Below, one piece after another: positions 25,286 through 35,565 of a DNA stretch of 50,152 nucleotides. Position 1 is the first letter of the stretch. The number at the start of each line of letters is the position of its first letter. The stretch comes from Anaerolineae bacterium. Lineage in GTDB: Bacteria; Chloroflexota; Anaerolineae; Aggregatilineales; Phototrophicaceae. The notes under the pieces were generated by a model. It made no database searches. It saw only the letters and a program-made list of their open reading frames with translations, and was not told the DNA's origin. Made by a program: the position numbers and the translations under genes. The DNA lies in assembly GCA_034408915.1 (NCBI GenBank), contig DAOUGG010000042.1:1-50152 (forward strand), read 5' to 3'.

Positions 25286-28200
25286 TCAGCGCAGGATGAC
25301 CTTCCACTCGGTCACGCTCACGATCACGCCGCCGTTACGCACGAACAACACGGGCGCGACCGGATCGTCGGGGCCGACAAAGAGCACGGGCTGGCCGAGC
25401 TGCTCGTTGTTGTAGTAGGTCGTCACGACGCCCGTCACTTCGTCGCGCATCAGACGCACGCGCACGACCGGCGCAGAGACCGACCGCTGGCTGATCATTC
25501 GCACGTCGCCGCCCTGCCGCTGGCCCAGATTGATAATGCCGGGCTGGTTCAACATGACCTGAATGCCGATCGTCTGCGTTGGGTCGGTTGCGCTGGCCAG
25601 CACCGCGCCAAAGTAAACCTGCTGCCGCGACAGCAGTTCCGGCTCAAAGGTCGTCAACGCCAGCGTGGCTTCGATACCGGCAATCCGGCTGGCTGCGTTG
25701 TTGCCATAAAGTTCTTCCAGCATATCCGCCGGCACTGGCACGACGACGACATCGCCGCTGCCATCGCCAGCCACAGAGGCGACGCCCAGCCGCCACACCT
25801 CGCTACCGGCCAACGCAAACTGCTCGCTCGTCCAGGGCACATTTTCGACGCCATTGATCGCCGCCAGCAGATCCTGCGATCCGGTCAGACCTTCGGGTGG
25901 CACGGTCGGGCGCGGCGTCGGCGACAGAGTCGGCGTATTCGTCGGTGCAGGTGTAAATGTCGCGGTCGCCACAATTACGGGTACGGGCTGCTCGGTCTGG
26001 GTGGGAACAACCGGCGTTGGCGGCGCTTCCGTAGGCGGTCGGGTCGGCAGGCCACGATTGATGACCGGCTGGGTTTCGGCCACGGCGTTGGCATCAGGCG
26101 CGGGGGTAAAGACGATAAAACTCGATGTCGGCGTCGGCGGGGCTGTCACAGCCTCGGTGACCGCCGCCTGAACCACTTCTGTTGGTTCTACCTGACTGGT
26201 TGCCGGCTCCGGCGTTTCGGTTTCATCCGCCCCGCCGGGGATGACCGGCATATCGGGGCGCGCCAGCGCGATCACGCCGATGATCACCGCCAGAGCGACG
26301 ACCGTCCCCATCGCCACCAGCGGCAGGCCGGGAACCGAACGTCTGCGCCGCCCGCGCGACGCAACCTGCCCGGCGTCGTAAGCAGGTTCGCCAATCGCTT
26401 CCAGATCGCTATCCTCGGCATCGGTCAGGCGCGGCGTCGGTTCATCCGTCGGCGGAGCCGGGAACTCAGGGGCGCGTTCGGTCAACTCGTACCAGTGACG
26501 GTAGAGTGGATAGGCCGGGTGCCGGTCGATGAACATCGACCGGAAAAGTTCGTTAAAACGGGACAGCCGGGCGCTGCGGCGCACGGTGCGGTCGGTATAG
26601 GCGGCCAGAAAAGCCTCATAGGTATCGCGCCACAGGCGCAGGTTGGGCGCATACGACTCGCCCAGCAGTCGCATGGTCACATCCACCAGACGATGATGGG
26701 TCGTCCGTACTTGCTCGTCCGGCTCGTCAGGAAGTTCGTCGATGATCTGCTGCATCCGGCGCGAGACATTATGCAGGTCCGCCGCCGCCGCGATCAGATC
26801 CATCAGCCAGGCGCGATAATTGGTGAGGCTGATCGACGCCTGAGTTTCCGCTTCGTCAACCGCTTTGAGCGCATTCTCCAGTTTGATGCCGGCAGCGCGA
26901 AACTCGCCATCCGACCAATCGCGGACGGCGGCCTGTAATTCGCGCAGGCTATAGATTGAAGCCGAAAGCAAGCGCGATTGAGGGCTATCCTCCAGCCGGC
27001 GGCGCGTGCTTTCGAGCGTCGCCAGCGCATGCGGCCCGTTGATGCGCGACAGCAATTCCTGCGCCGCCTGAAGGTCGCGCCGCCGGTCGATCAGGTCGTC
27101 CAGCGCGCGCGTGGCGGGATGTTTTTCGGCCAGATCGCCCAGCGTACGCAGCGCCGCCTCGCGCCAGAAGGCGGCGTCATCGAGCGCGCCTTCGTGGGCG
27201 TCGAGCGTGCCGAGCAGCAGATAGTTGAAAAACAGGACGCGCACGGCGGCCGTGCTGTTGCGGCTGAACAACTCGACCAGCCCTTTGTTCATCGCTTTCA
27301 GATACGTCTCTTTGCTCGGCATTTGCGAGCTGAAGTTGTTGCGCGTCGCATTTTCTTCGGCGGTATACAGCAGTTCGATGGTCGTCAACGCCGACTGGGT
27401 GCGTTTGGGATCGCTGACGCCATTGCGTTCGACCCAACTGCGCGTGGTTTCGGCCAGTTCGCGCAGACGACGAGCGGCAAACCGCTCCGAATCATTGCGC
27501 GAAATTTCCATCGCCTGTGCGCCCAGCCGCTCTGCGTCGCCCAGCCGGCCGCGGTCGTAAGCCTCCCAGCCATCAGCCAGCGCGCGCCCCAGCCCTCCGT
27601 ACAGCGCGTGGCGCTCGATGTAACCCGCATTGGTGATGACCGTCCGCAACTGGTTCAGCCAGCCGGCCAGTGTCGGGCTGGCGTCGTTGACCGCGTCGGC
27701 GGCCTGCGCCAGCGCATTGATCGCACCGGCCCGGTTGCCCTGAATGGCGGCAGCAGCATAGGCCCGCCACGCGCGTTCGGCGGTATTCAGCCCTTTGACG
27801 ATGCTGACCAGCATTTCGTCAAACAGACGCTCGGTATACGGCTCCAGTTCGCTCTGGGCCGTGTTCAGCCACAATTCCAAATCGGAGCCGTCCGCCGCCG
27901 GCACGTAAATCTGATAGGCCTCCAGCGTTTCGTAGAGGCTGTCCAGCATGTGGGCCACCATGTCCCACACCGGGTTTTCCGGCTCGATGCTGCGGCTGCT
28001 GTCGAGCGCCGCCAACGCGTCTCGCGGGCTGGCCGTCGCCTGCTTGCCGATGACATGCATGTTGTCGGCCAACGTCATGGCGGCATTGAGCGCCCGTTCC
28101 AGTGCAGACATCGGTAGCTTGCGGTTCGGCAGCTTATAGGTGCTGTTGACCGCTTCCAGCAGCGTACCGAGCGCGGTCAGGTTGTCGACCGTAGCCCGAT

Positions 28201-29653
28201 AGCGGTCACGCAACGTGATCAGGCTGATCTCACCCGCGTCCGGAATGTCGTCCAGCGACGCGCGAATTTCCGCCAGCAGCGCCCGCGGCTCTCCAAGCGG
28301 CAAGCCCTCCTGCGCCAGATAATACAGCGCCGCGTCCAGCCGGTAGAGATTGGGGCGCAGCAACAGCACATCGTGGATATGCGCGGAGATGCGCTCGGCC
28401 AGCAGCCAGCATAACTGCTGCGCCTCGGTGCGCTCGTCATCCTGAGTCAATAACAGGTGAGCCGCGCGGGCCGCGTGATGTTCAAACAGCAGGACAATCG
28501 CGTCCAGCACCGCCGGCGGAGTCGGGTGCAGGTCCTTGTCCAGCAGGAGTTTCGCCCACTCCAGCAGGAGCGTGATGATGACCAGATTGTCTCCCCGCGC
28601 CCGCGTCCGCAGCTCGTCGAGCAGCGTGACGGCCCGGGGCCAGTTGCCGCTTTCCAGATAAATGCGCGCTGCGTCCAGATCCGCATCGACCTCGATGTCG
28701 CTCAGCCGGTTCATGATCTCCCGGCGAACCTCGTTGGCCGGCGGATAACCGGGGTCCATTTCCAGCGCGGGTTCCAGCGCTTTCAGCAGGCTGTAGAGTT
28801 CGTCTTTACTGCGGTCGCGCTTCAGCCGTTCCGTCACCCGCCCGATGATGGCGTTGCGCTCGCGTTCGAGCGGCTCGCGATAAGCCGCAAGGTCTGCGCG
28901 CAGTTCTTCGACGCTCTGGTAGCGCAGTTTCAGGTTGGGATGAACGGCGCGGCTGACAATCCCGATCAGGCGGGTGTGAATGCGCGCTGTATCGGGGCCA
29001 AAATCGACGCGGAAATCATCGAGGCTGTCGCGCGGAATATCGAGGCGTCCACCGCCAGTGAGAATGAAGTACAGCAGCTCACCAACCTGAAAGATATCGC
29101 TCTGGCGGCTGATGCCCTGTGGCGTGCTTTCATCGCCTTCCAGAAAGACAGCATTGCCCCAGTCGATAATCTTCAGCCGGTATTGCGTGCGATCCCAGAA
29201 CAAATGCTTGGCGTCAACATCGTTGTAGACGATGTCCTGTTTGTGGGCCGCCGCCAGCACCTCGAGCAGCGCGTCGAGAATGACCAGCATTTCCAGCTCG
29301 GGCAGGCGTTCACCACGGGCAGCCAGATCGCGCACGAGATCGGCAACGACCAATCCCTCCGCCCGTTCCATGACAATATACTGGTGCGGAATGCCGCCAA
29401 CCGAGAACTGGCCACTGCCGAGGAGCGCCGTCACCGCCGGTTGGCCCGCCAGACGGCTCAGCGCCTTGCGCTCATTGAGGATACTGACTTCCTGACCAGC
29501 GCGGATCGGCGGCGCGTCATTGGGTGCGGGCCGCTTGATGACCACGGGGCGGTCGTTGTCGTGCGTATCCACGGCGCGCAGGGTTTCGCCAGAACGCCCT
29601 CGCGGATAAATGGAATCGTAGCGGTAACGGCTATCAAAAAGGCTATCAGCCAT
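25286..29653 (-). CDS. receptor-type Ser/Thr protein kinase-like protein: N-terminal kinase domain with atypical catalytic motifs, about 800-aa helical repeat region, one TM, Pro/Thr-rich stalk, extracellular domain
   Basis: Kinase motifs VVIK, catalytic-loop YNDVDAKH (in place of HRD), DWG (in place of DFG) and SDIFQVGELLYFILTG. TM at about 26261-26329. AGGAGA SD. Confidence 0.8.
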   Translation of the reverse strand: MADSLFDSRYRYDSIYPRGRSGETLRAVDTHDNDRPVVIKRPAPNDAPPIRAGQEVSILNERKALSRLAGQPAVTALLGSGQFSVGGIPHQYIVMERAEGLVVADLVRDLAARGERLPELEMLVILDALLEVLAAAHKQDIVYNDVDAKHLFWDRTQYRLKIIDWGNAVFLEGDESTPQGISRQSDIFQVGELLYFILTGGGRLDIPRDSLDDFRVDFGPDTARIHTRLIGIVSRAVHPNLKLRYQSVEELRADLAAYREPLERERNAIIGRVTERLKRDRSKDELYSLLKALEPALEMDPGYPPANEVRREIMNRLSDIEVDADLDAARIYLESGNWPRAVTLLDELRTRARGDNLVIITLLLEWAKLLLDKDLHPTPPAVLDAIVLLFEHHAARAAHLLLTQDDERTEAQQLCWLLAERISAHIHDVLLLRPNLYRLDAALYYLAQEGLPLGEPRALLAEIRASLDDIPDAGEISLITLRDRYRATVDNLTALGTLLEAVNSTYKLPNRKLPMSALERALNAAMTLADNMHVIGKQATASPRDALAALDSSRSIEPENPVWDMVAHMLDSLYETLEAYQIYVPAADGSDLELWLNTAQSELEPYTERLFDEMLVSIVKGLNTAERAWRAYAAAAIQGNRAGAINALAQAADAVNDASPTLAGWLNQLRTVITNAGYIERHALYGGLGRALADGWEAYDRGRLGDAERLGAQAMEISRNDSERFAARRLRELAETTRSWVERNGVSDPKRTQSALTTIELLYTAEENATRNNFSSQMPSKETYLKAMNKGLVELFSRNSTAAVRVLFFNYLLLGTLDAHEGALDDAAFWREAALRTLGDLAEKHPATRALDDLIDRRRDLQAAQELLSRINGPHALATLESTRRRLEDSPQSRLLSASIYSLRELQAAVRDWSDGEFRAAGIKLENALKAVDEAETQASISLTNYRAWLMDLIAAAADLHNVSRRMQQIIDELPDEPDEQVRTTHHRLVDVTMRLLGESYAPNLRLWRDTYEAFLAAYTDRTVRRSARLSRFNELFRSMFIDRHPAYPLYRHWYELTERAPEFPAPPTDEPTPRLTDAEDSDLEAIGEPAYDAGQVASRGRRRRSVPGLPLVAMGTVVALAVIIGVIALARPDMPVIPGGADETETPEPATSQVEPTEVVQAAVTEAVTAPPTPTSSFIVFTPAPDANAVAETQPVINRGLPTRPPTEAPPTPVVPTQTEQPVPVIVATATFTPAPTNTPTLSPTPRPTVPPEGLTGSQDLLAAINGVENVPWTSEQFALAGSEVWRLGVASVAGDGSGDVVVVPVPADMLEELYGNNAASRIAGIEATLALTTFEPELLSRQQVYFGAVLASATDPTQTIGIQVMLNQPGIINLGQRQGGDVRMISQRSVSAPVVRVRLMRDEVTGVVTTYYNNEQLGQPVLFVGPDDPVAPVLFVRNGGVIVSVTEWKVILR

Positions 29654-29778
29654 GAAAGTTCTCCTATTGCAAGTAATTGTACAGGAGGGGTGGCAACCCG
29701 CAAGACACGCACTGGTTGACGCGTCGGATCGAACGGCGTAACATCAGAGTCAATGATGCAGGTGTGGAACCGCGTCGA

Positions 29779-30321
29779 ATGAAAAATCTGGTCAGAAACT
29801 ACCGTTACCTTGATGGAGACCAGGAACGGCTGGAGTTAATCGACGATATACGCCGCGTGCGTCGCGCCGTCATCCAGATGGCCGAAACCGTTCCTGAAGC
29901 GCGGCGCTACGAACCACGCTATCACGGCTGGTCGCTCGCGGCGATGCTCGCCCATCTGTATCTGGTCGACCGTATATCGTTCTGGGCAATCCAGTGGGCG
30001 CTGGCCGGCGTCCGCCCCCCTATTCCCTCCGCACTGCTGCACGGCTTCAACGCCCTCTCGGCCCGCATCTTCCAGAACCGGCTGACAGAAACGACCATTC
30101 GTGGCATCTATGCCCACGAAAAACGTATCGCCGATTTCATCCGGCGGCTGCCGATGGACAGGTTCACCTGTCCGGTCTATGACCCGACGATCGGCGAGTA
30201 CATCACCGTAGAACGCGCCGTTCAGGTCTGTTTCCTCTTCCACTGGCAGGAACACCTCCAGACGCTGCAAAAGGTCGAAGGCATCTATTACGAGCCACCC
30301 GAACGCTTCGATACGTTCTGA
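29779..30321 (+). CDS. DinB/YfiT-like (DinB_2) putative metal-dependent hydrolase/transferase
   Basis: HGWSLAAMLAHL motif and a four-helix layout. The ATG at 29779 is internal to the computed ORF. Confidence 0.65.
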   Translation: MKNLVRNYRYLDGDQERLELIDDIRRVRRAVIQMAETVPEARRYEPRYHGWSLAAMLAHLYLVDRISFWAIQWALAGVRPPIPSALLHGFNALSARIFQNRLTETTIRGIYAHEKRIADFIRRLPMDRFTCPVYDPTIGEYITVERAVQVCFLFHWQEHLQTLQKVEGIYYEPPERFDTF

Positions 30322-30459
30322 ACCGGGCAGCCCTCACGCCGCCAAGTGGAATCTCGCTTGCCCGCGCCGCGACTTTCCGGCACAATAGGGCGCTTGCACC
30401 GCCCTGCCGGAACGAAAACAGGCAGAGGCTTCCGAACCATCCAACAGGCGCATATTCCG

Positions 30460-30912
30460 ATGAGAGTTGTTTTACAGCGCGTGCGGCGCGGCAGCGTGAC
30501 CGTCGACGGGCGCGTCACGGGCGCAGTCGATCTGGGATTTGTCGCGCTGGTAGGCGTGACGCACGCGGACACACAGGCTGAAGCCGAATTGCTGGCCCGA
30601 AAAACCGCCAACCTGCGCGTCTTTGAAGACGACGAAGGCAAAATGAATCGCTCGGCGCTGGAAGTCGGCGCGGGCGTACTCGTGGTCTCCCAGTTCACGC
30701 TGTATGCTGACGCGCGCAAGGGCCGGCGCCCCAGCTTCATCCACGCGGCCCCGCCTGAGCTGGCTGCGCCGCTGGTCGACTGTTATGCCGAGCGCCTGAA
30801 AGCAGAGGGTATCCAGCGTGTGGAAACGGGCGTCTTTGGCGCGATGATGACGGTCGAGATCATCAATGACGGCCCGGTCACCATCATTCTGGATACCGAC
30901 GAGCTGAAGTGA
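30460..30912 (+). CDS. dtd: D-aminoacyl-tRNA deacylase
   Basis: Full-length collinearity with Dtd (MRVVLQRV..., SQFTL, NDGPVT motifs). Confidence 0.9.
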   Translation: MRVVLQRVRRGSVTVDGRVTGAVDLGFVALVGVTHADTQAEAELLARKTANLRVFEDDEGKMNRSALEVGAGVLVVSQFTLYADARKGRRPSFIHAAPPELAAPLVDCYAERLKAEGIQRVETGVFGAMMTVEIINDGPVTIILDTDELK

Positions 30913-31036
30913 ACGGCGCGGCGTGATGTTTACGCGGTTTTAACGCGCATCCGGCGCTTTTCTCATGTTGCGGGCCTATTATAGGCTTCCTCGGTCATAC
31001 GTTCCGACAGTTCAGACATTCTCACAGGTGAAAGTG

Positions 31037-31840
31037 ATGCTTGAAGAAACGATCCAGCTTCTGAATCATGCCGATCCGGCTGTGCGTTTTGAAGCAGCCC
31101 AGAAGCTGGGCGCATCGAACGACAGGCGGGCGGTCGCGCCGCTCATCGACGCGCTGCCGGACGACAACGCGAAAGTGCAATACGCCGCGCTGTCGGGACT
31201 GATCAAACTGGGCGATCCAAGCGCGGCTCACGCGCTGGTCGATCTGCTGCTGAGCGATCCGGACAGCCGCGTCTGGGATTTGCTGAAACTCGGCATCGGC
31301 CAGCGCCTGCGAAGCGGTCTGCTCGACATGATAACGCCGGGAGACATACCGCTGGCCGACCGGCTGGCGGCGGCGCTGGAAGAAGAAATACTGGATGAAC
31401 AGCAGCAGGCATTCATCGTGCGCCTGCTTGGCCGCACGCGAGACACGCGCGCCGTGGACATGCTCATCAACCGGCTGGCGGAAGATACGCTAACGATGCA
31501 GGCCGCTGCCGCCGAAGCGCTGGGATATATCGGCGATCTGCGCGCCGTAACGCCCTTGCTGCCGTGTCTCAGCAGCCCGTCGGACGCCGTGCGCGAGGTC
31601 GCCATTGAAGCGCTTGGCCGTCTGGGCGATCCGCGCGCCGTCGATCCGGTCATTGCCGCGCTGTCCGACGAGCACGAGTGGGTGCGCCGCGCCGCCTGCG
31701 TGGCGCTGGGCCAGCTCGGTGAGAAGCGCGCTGTTGAGCCACTCGCCGAGGCGCTGGGCGACGAGTTCAGCATCGTGCAGGACGCCGCCTTTGAGGCGAT
31801 CAAGCACCTGAGCGATACCAGTTTCCACATGACTCACTAG
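31037..31840 (+). CDS. HEAT-repeat (PBS-lyase type) protein
   Basis: Five or more repeats of the form ...R.AA.ALG.LGD.RAV.PL... Confidence 0.7.
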   Translation: MLEETIQLLNHADPAVRFEAAQKLGASNDRRAVAPLIDALPDDNAKVQYAALSGLIKLGDPSAAHALVDLLLSDPDSRVWDLLKLGIGQRLRSGLLDMITPGDIPLADRLAAALEEEILDEQQQAFIVRLLGRTRDTRAVDMLINRLAEDTLTMQAAAAEALGYIGDLRAVTPLLPCLSSPSDAVREVAIEALGRLGDPRAVDPVIAALSDEHEWVRRAACVALGQLGEKRAVEPLAEALGDEFSIVQDAAFEAIKHLSDTSFHMTH

Positions 31841-31862
31841 ACGCCGGGGATCGAAATCGCAC

Positions 31863-31894
31863 AACGCCCGTGTATAATCGCGGGCGTTTTCGTT
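31863..31894 (+). terminator. rho-independent terminator (loop contains TATAAT)
   Basis: AACGCCCG-tgtataatcg-CGGGCGTT plus TTCGTT. Confidence 0.5.
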
Positions 31895-31895
31895 C

Positions 31896-33317
31896 ATGGA
31901 GCCAGATCATCGCATCGTGCCCCAACGCATTATCCGTTATCCCGTCTGGCTGGCAATCTGCGCCGCCCTGATCATGACGGCCTGCGCGCCGCAGCCCGCC
32001 CCAACCGTTTTTCGCGCGACCGAGATCCCCAGACAGAACAACGCGCCGGTCTACACGCCGACACCCACGGCGACGGCAACCCTGCCGCCGACCAACACGC
32101 CGCCCGCGACGCCTACGGCGACCGGGACGCCAACCTCTGAGCCGACGCCCGGCATTCAGACGCTAACTCCCGCATCCCCGGATGGCGCGCCGCCGGCAAT
32201 CGCTCCGGCTTCCGCTCCGCTAAGCGCGACGTCTGGCTGGAGTTGTGAGGATTTCCCGTGTGAAGATGATATCGAGGGCTTCCTGCAGCGCATCCGGGTT
32301 CCGGCCGGATTCCGGCTGGCGCACGTGGGTCGCCTGCCGGGACAGCCGATGCAAATCACCTATGGCCGCGATGGCCTGCTTTATGCCACGGTGCTGGAAA
32401 ACGGCACGCGTAACGGCGCGGTCTATCGACTGAACACCGACGGAAGCGCCGAACGCTACAGCGGCGATCTGGTTTCGCCGGTCGGGCTGGCTTTCCAGCC
32501 GGGCAGCGATGTCCTGTACGTCAGCGCGCGCCAGACGCTGGAAGCTGGCGGCGGCGTCTGGCGCGTGCCCCCCGGCGGTGGCGAACCTGAGCCGGTCGTC
32601 ACCGATCTGCCCTGCTGCCTGACTCTGGTCGACAACCAGCCAAATGGCCTTGCCTTTGGGCCGGATGGCTATCTCTATCTCGGCGTCGGATCGACCACCG
32701 ATCAGGCCGAGCCGCCGCCCGGCCCCGCGTCGCCGTACGCCGAAGTCGCCGACTACGAAGCGACCATTCTACGCATTCATCCACATACCGGTGAAATCGA
32801 AGTCTTTGCCAGAGGCATCCGCAACCCCTACGATTTGACGTTTACCAGCGATGGGCAAATGTATGCCAGCGACACCGGCATTTTTCTGGGGCCGGGCGAC
32901 AGGTTGCTGGCCGTAAACGAAGGCCGGCACTATGGCTGGCCCTACTATCGGGAGCGCGGCTGCGACAACTGCCCGCCGCGCCCGCCAAACCTGACGATTG
33001 AGGACGACCTGCTGCCGCTGCGCGACCACAGCCTGCCACGCGGTCTTGTCGCCTATACCGCCACCCAGTTCCCGGAGAATTATTTCGACAGCCTGTTCGT
33101 CACGCTCTGGAACAGCGTGCGCGATGGCCAGCGCGTCGTGCGTGTCGATCCAAAGCGCGTGCCGCGAAATCCGGCAGCGGCAGGCTATACTCCTGAGCCG
33201 TTTGTAACCGGACTGATACGCCCGATTGACGTCGCCATTGCGCCGGATGGCTCGCTGGTGGTGGCCGATTACATCTACGGGCACGTCTGGCAGGTTTCGT
33301 ATGCCGGAGCGCCCTGA
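31896..33317 (+). CDS. soluble PQQ-dependent sugar dehydrogenase-like (SGDH family) beta-propeller lipoprotein
   Basis: Lipoprotein signal (MTACAP) and a Thr/Pro-rich linker. Six-bladed propeller signatures of sorbosone/glucose dehydrogenase-like proteins (PNGLAFGPDGYLYLGVG, HYGWPY). Confidence 0.7.
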   Translation: MEPDHRIVPQRIIRYPVWLAICAALIMTACAPQPAPTVFRATEIPRQNNAPVYTPTPTATATLPPTNTPPATPTATGTPTSEPTPGIQTLTPASPDGAPPAIAPASAPLSATSGWSCEDFPCEDDIEGFLQRIRVPAGFRLAHVGRLPGQPMQITYGRDGLLYATVLENGTRNGAVYRLNTDGSAERYSGDLVSPVGLAFQPGSDVLYVSARQTLEAGGGVWRVPPGGGEPEPVVTDLPCCLTLVDNQPNGLAFGPDGYLYLGVGSTTDQAEPPPGPASPYAEVADYEATILRIHPHTGEIEVFARGIRNPYDLTFTSDGQMYASDTGIFLGPGDRLLAVNEGRHYGWPYYRERGCDNCPPRPPNLTIEDDLLPLRDHSLPRGLVAYTATQFPENYFDSLFVTLWNSVRDGQRVVRVDPKRVPRNPAAAGYTPEPFVTGLIRPIDVAIAPDGSLVVADYIYGHVWQVSYAGAP

Positions 33318-33382
33318 ACCGCCCCATAGGTTATTGATCGCCAGTCACGGCAAGATGAATAAAACTTACGGGATCTGATTAG

Positions 33383-34177
33383 ATGACACGACCCGACTTC
33401 GCCCTCCGGCCCGACGCTCTGCGCGGGCGCGTTGCCATCGTCACCGGCGTCAGCAGGCGCAAAGGTATCGGCTATGCCATTGCCACGCGGTTGGCACAGG
33501 CGGGCGCCGATTTGTTTGTTCAATCATACGCCCCCTATGACGCCGCGCAGCCCTGGGGCGCGGACCCGGATGGCCCGGACACGCTCGTGCACGCGCTTCG
33601 GCAAAGCGGACGGCGCGTTGAACACCTGACGGCCGATTTTGAAGACCCGGCAGCGCCCCAAACCGTGCTCGATGCCGCCACCGCCGCGTTCGGGCATATC
33701 GATATTCTGATCGCCAATCATGCCTACAGCACATACGGCGGCGTGGGCGAACTGGAGGCCGCCGAAATCGACCGCCACCTGAGCGTGAACGTGCGGGCCA
33801 CGCTGCTGCTCGTGCAGGCGTTTGCGGCGCAGCACGACGGGCGTACGGGTGGGCGCGTCATTCTGATGACGTCGGGCCAGCACGAAGGGCCAATGCCGGG
33901 AGAATTGGCCTATGTCGCTTCCAAGGCCGCCCTGCATGGGCTGACGCGCAGCCTGTCCGAAGCGCTTGTACGGCGTGGTATTACGGTCAATACCGTCAAT
34001 CCGGGCGCGACGGATACCGGGTATGCCGGGGAAGAACTCTACCGAATCGTCGCCGAGGCTTCACCACAGGGACGCTGGGGCGAACCGGATGACGCCGCCC
34101 GGTTGATCGCCTGGCTTTGCACCGACGACGCGCGCTGGATCACCGGGCAGGTCATCAATTCAACCGGCGGGAGTTAG
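33383..34177 (+). CDS. SDR family oxidoreductase
   Basis: TGVSRRKGIGYAIA NAD(P)-binding motif. Catalytic YVASK. NPG motif. Confidence 0.85.
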   Translation: MTRPDFALRPDALRGRVAIVTGVSRRKGIGYAIATRLAQAGADLFVQSYAPYDAAQPWGADPDGPDTLVHALRQSGRRVEHLTADFEDPAAPQTVLDAATAAFGHIDILIANHAYSTYGGVGELEAAEIDRHLSVNVRATLLLVQAFAAQHDGRTGGRVILMTSGQHEGPMPGELAYVASKAALHGLTRSLSEALVRRGITVNTVNPGATDTGYAGEELYRIVAEASPQGRWGEPDDAARLIAWLCTDDARWITGQVINSTGGS

Positions 34178-34704
34178 GGGCGAATTTCCAGACCTTCAAA
34201 CCGCGCGACAAACCCCTCGCCCTGCGGCGAAGCGAGCATCACGCCGACCTGAACCGGGTCGGGCGTCAGGTACGTCACGCGCAGCAGCGTGAAATCCGCG
34301 CCATCCAGTGAGTAATGGACTTCGAGCGAGCCGCCTTCACGCCGGACGCGAATCCACAATGCCTCAGGGCTTTCGCGCAGAGGGCTGACCGACCAATCCG
34401 AATAATCGCGCGTGACAACCGCGCTGACATACTGCACACCATCGACGTATTCAATGCCGGTTTTCATCCAGCAGGTTTCATCCTGCCGCACCATCAGGCC
34501 CGCCTGATCGTACAATGTAGTGTACTGGCCGATCACTTTCACCTGCGCGGTGAAATCGCCCTCCACGCGTTTGCCGAAAAAGTGGCCGTTATCGCGGATG
34601 AAGCCGTAATGCGTTTTGCGCCAGAAATCGGTTTGCGCGTCCGACGTGATGACCAGCGCGTCACCTTCATAGCGCCATGATCGCGGTTCGTTCAACCATT
34701 CCAT
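34174..34704 (-). CDS. DUF1349 (concanavalin-like beta-sandwich) protein
   Basis: MEWLNEP...TDFW...YDQAGLM...DEx CW signature. Convergent 4-nt overlap with the SDR gene. Confidence 0.65.
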   Translation of the reverse strand: MEWLNEPRSWRYEGDALVITSDAQTDFWRKTHYGFIRDNGHFFGKRVEGDFTAQVKVIGQYTTLYDQAGLMVRQDETCWMKTGIEYVDGVQYVSAVVTRDYSDWSVSPLRESPEALWIRVRREGGSLEVHYSLDGADFTLLRVTYLTPDPVQVGVMLASPQGEGFVARFEGLEIRP

Positions 34705-34716
34705 GACTGTTTTTCC

Positions 34717-35433
34717 TCAGCGGCGGCGCAAATGCGCCGGCGAACGCACGGGGCGCGGATCGCCCGGCGGTCTGCCCAGCGCCCGCGCCGCGTACTCCCC
34801 CATTAAATAACCGTGTACGGGAACGAGCAACGCGGGAGCCATCACCCAACCCGCGCACGGAATGACAGCAAACAACAACAGGACAACATTCGCCAGAATC
34901 GAGGCGAGCAGGAACTGAATGGTCGCGTCACTCTGCCTGCGCGCCGTTTCCAGCAGCGGCCCAAACTCGAAGAAAACGCCGACCTCGCGCCTGTCGGTAT
35001 ACCGCGCGACTGCCAGCGCCAGCATCGGCCAGATAACCGCGTTATAGGCGATCAGCAGTGGAAAGACACAACAGGCCAGCCCAAGCGCCACGGTCGTGCC
35101 GGTAAAGGTCTGGTTCAGCGACGGCAGCACCAGCGCCACGCAACAGCCGAGCAGCGCGTTCGGGATGTTGTAAACGACCATGCCCGTCAGAATGCCCGCG
35201 CCGCTTTGCATTCTGCCGACGAAGTTAGTCCAGCCGGGCAGCGGCCGAGGCAAGCCGAGCCGCACACGGCGGGAAATTTCGGCCTGATAAGCCAGCAAGG
35301 CCGCCAGCAACGCCAGACCAACCAGCAGCGGCGTCAAAACAATTGCCCCCACAGTGACCAACGCCGTCACCAGTAGTTTGACCAGTCCGTCGCGGTCGTC
35401 GAAGGCAAACGTGAAGGCGCGCGAAATGTTCAC
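34717..35433 (-). CDS. DUF4013-like integral membrane protein
   Basis: N-terminal MNISRAFTFAFDD...LVKLL signature. Five or more TM helices. Confidence 0.55.
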   Translation of the reverse strand: MNISRAFTFAFDDRDGLVKLLVTALVTVGAIVLTPLLVGLALLAALLAYQAEISRRVRLGLPRPLPGWTNFVGRMQSGAGILTGMVVYNIPNALLGCCVALVLPSLNQTFTGTTVALGLACCVFPLLIAYNAVIWPMLALAVARYTDRREVGVFFEFGPLLETARRQSDATIQFLLASILANVVLLLFAVIPCAGWVMAPALLVPVHGYLMGEYAARALGRPPGDPRPVRSPAHLRRR

Positions 35434-35508
35434 TCAGGCGGCTCCCTGGGGAAGAAAGACACCGCTGAGGATTATGAGGCACGGCGAACGTTTCGACAAC
35501 CAGATGAA

Positions 35509-35545
35509 TCAAAAAAAACCCGCGTGTTCGTCGCGCGGGTTCTTC
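35509..35545 (-). terminator. rho-independent terminator for the YeaQ-like gene (minus-strand reading ACCCGCG...CGCGGGT plus T8)
   Basis: 7-bp GC stem followed by TTTTTTTT on the minus strand. Confidence 0.7.
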
Positions 35546-35565
35546 AAACCAGGAGCAAAAGCGAA

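Noticed and set aside
26978-29719. 379-aa and 420-aa plus-strand ORFs antisense to the kinase gene
   Set aside because: Low-complexity Arg/Gln-rich translations. The minus-strand frame gives a coherent kinase domain and TM architecture.
30965-31036. N-terminal 24-aa extension of the HEAT-repeat ORF (computed start 30965)
   Set aside because: The extension overlaps the dtd terminator region. An ATG with a purine-rich SD-like sequence at 31037 gives a more plausible start.
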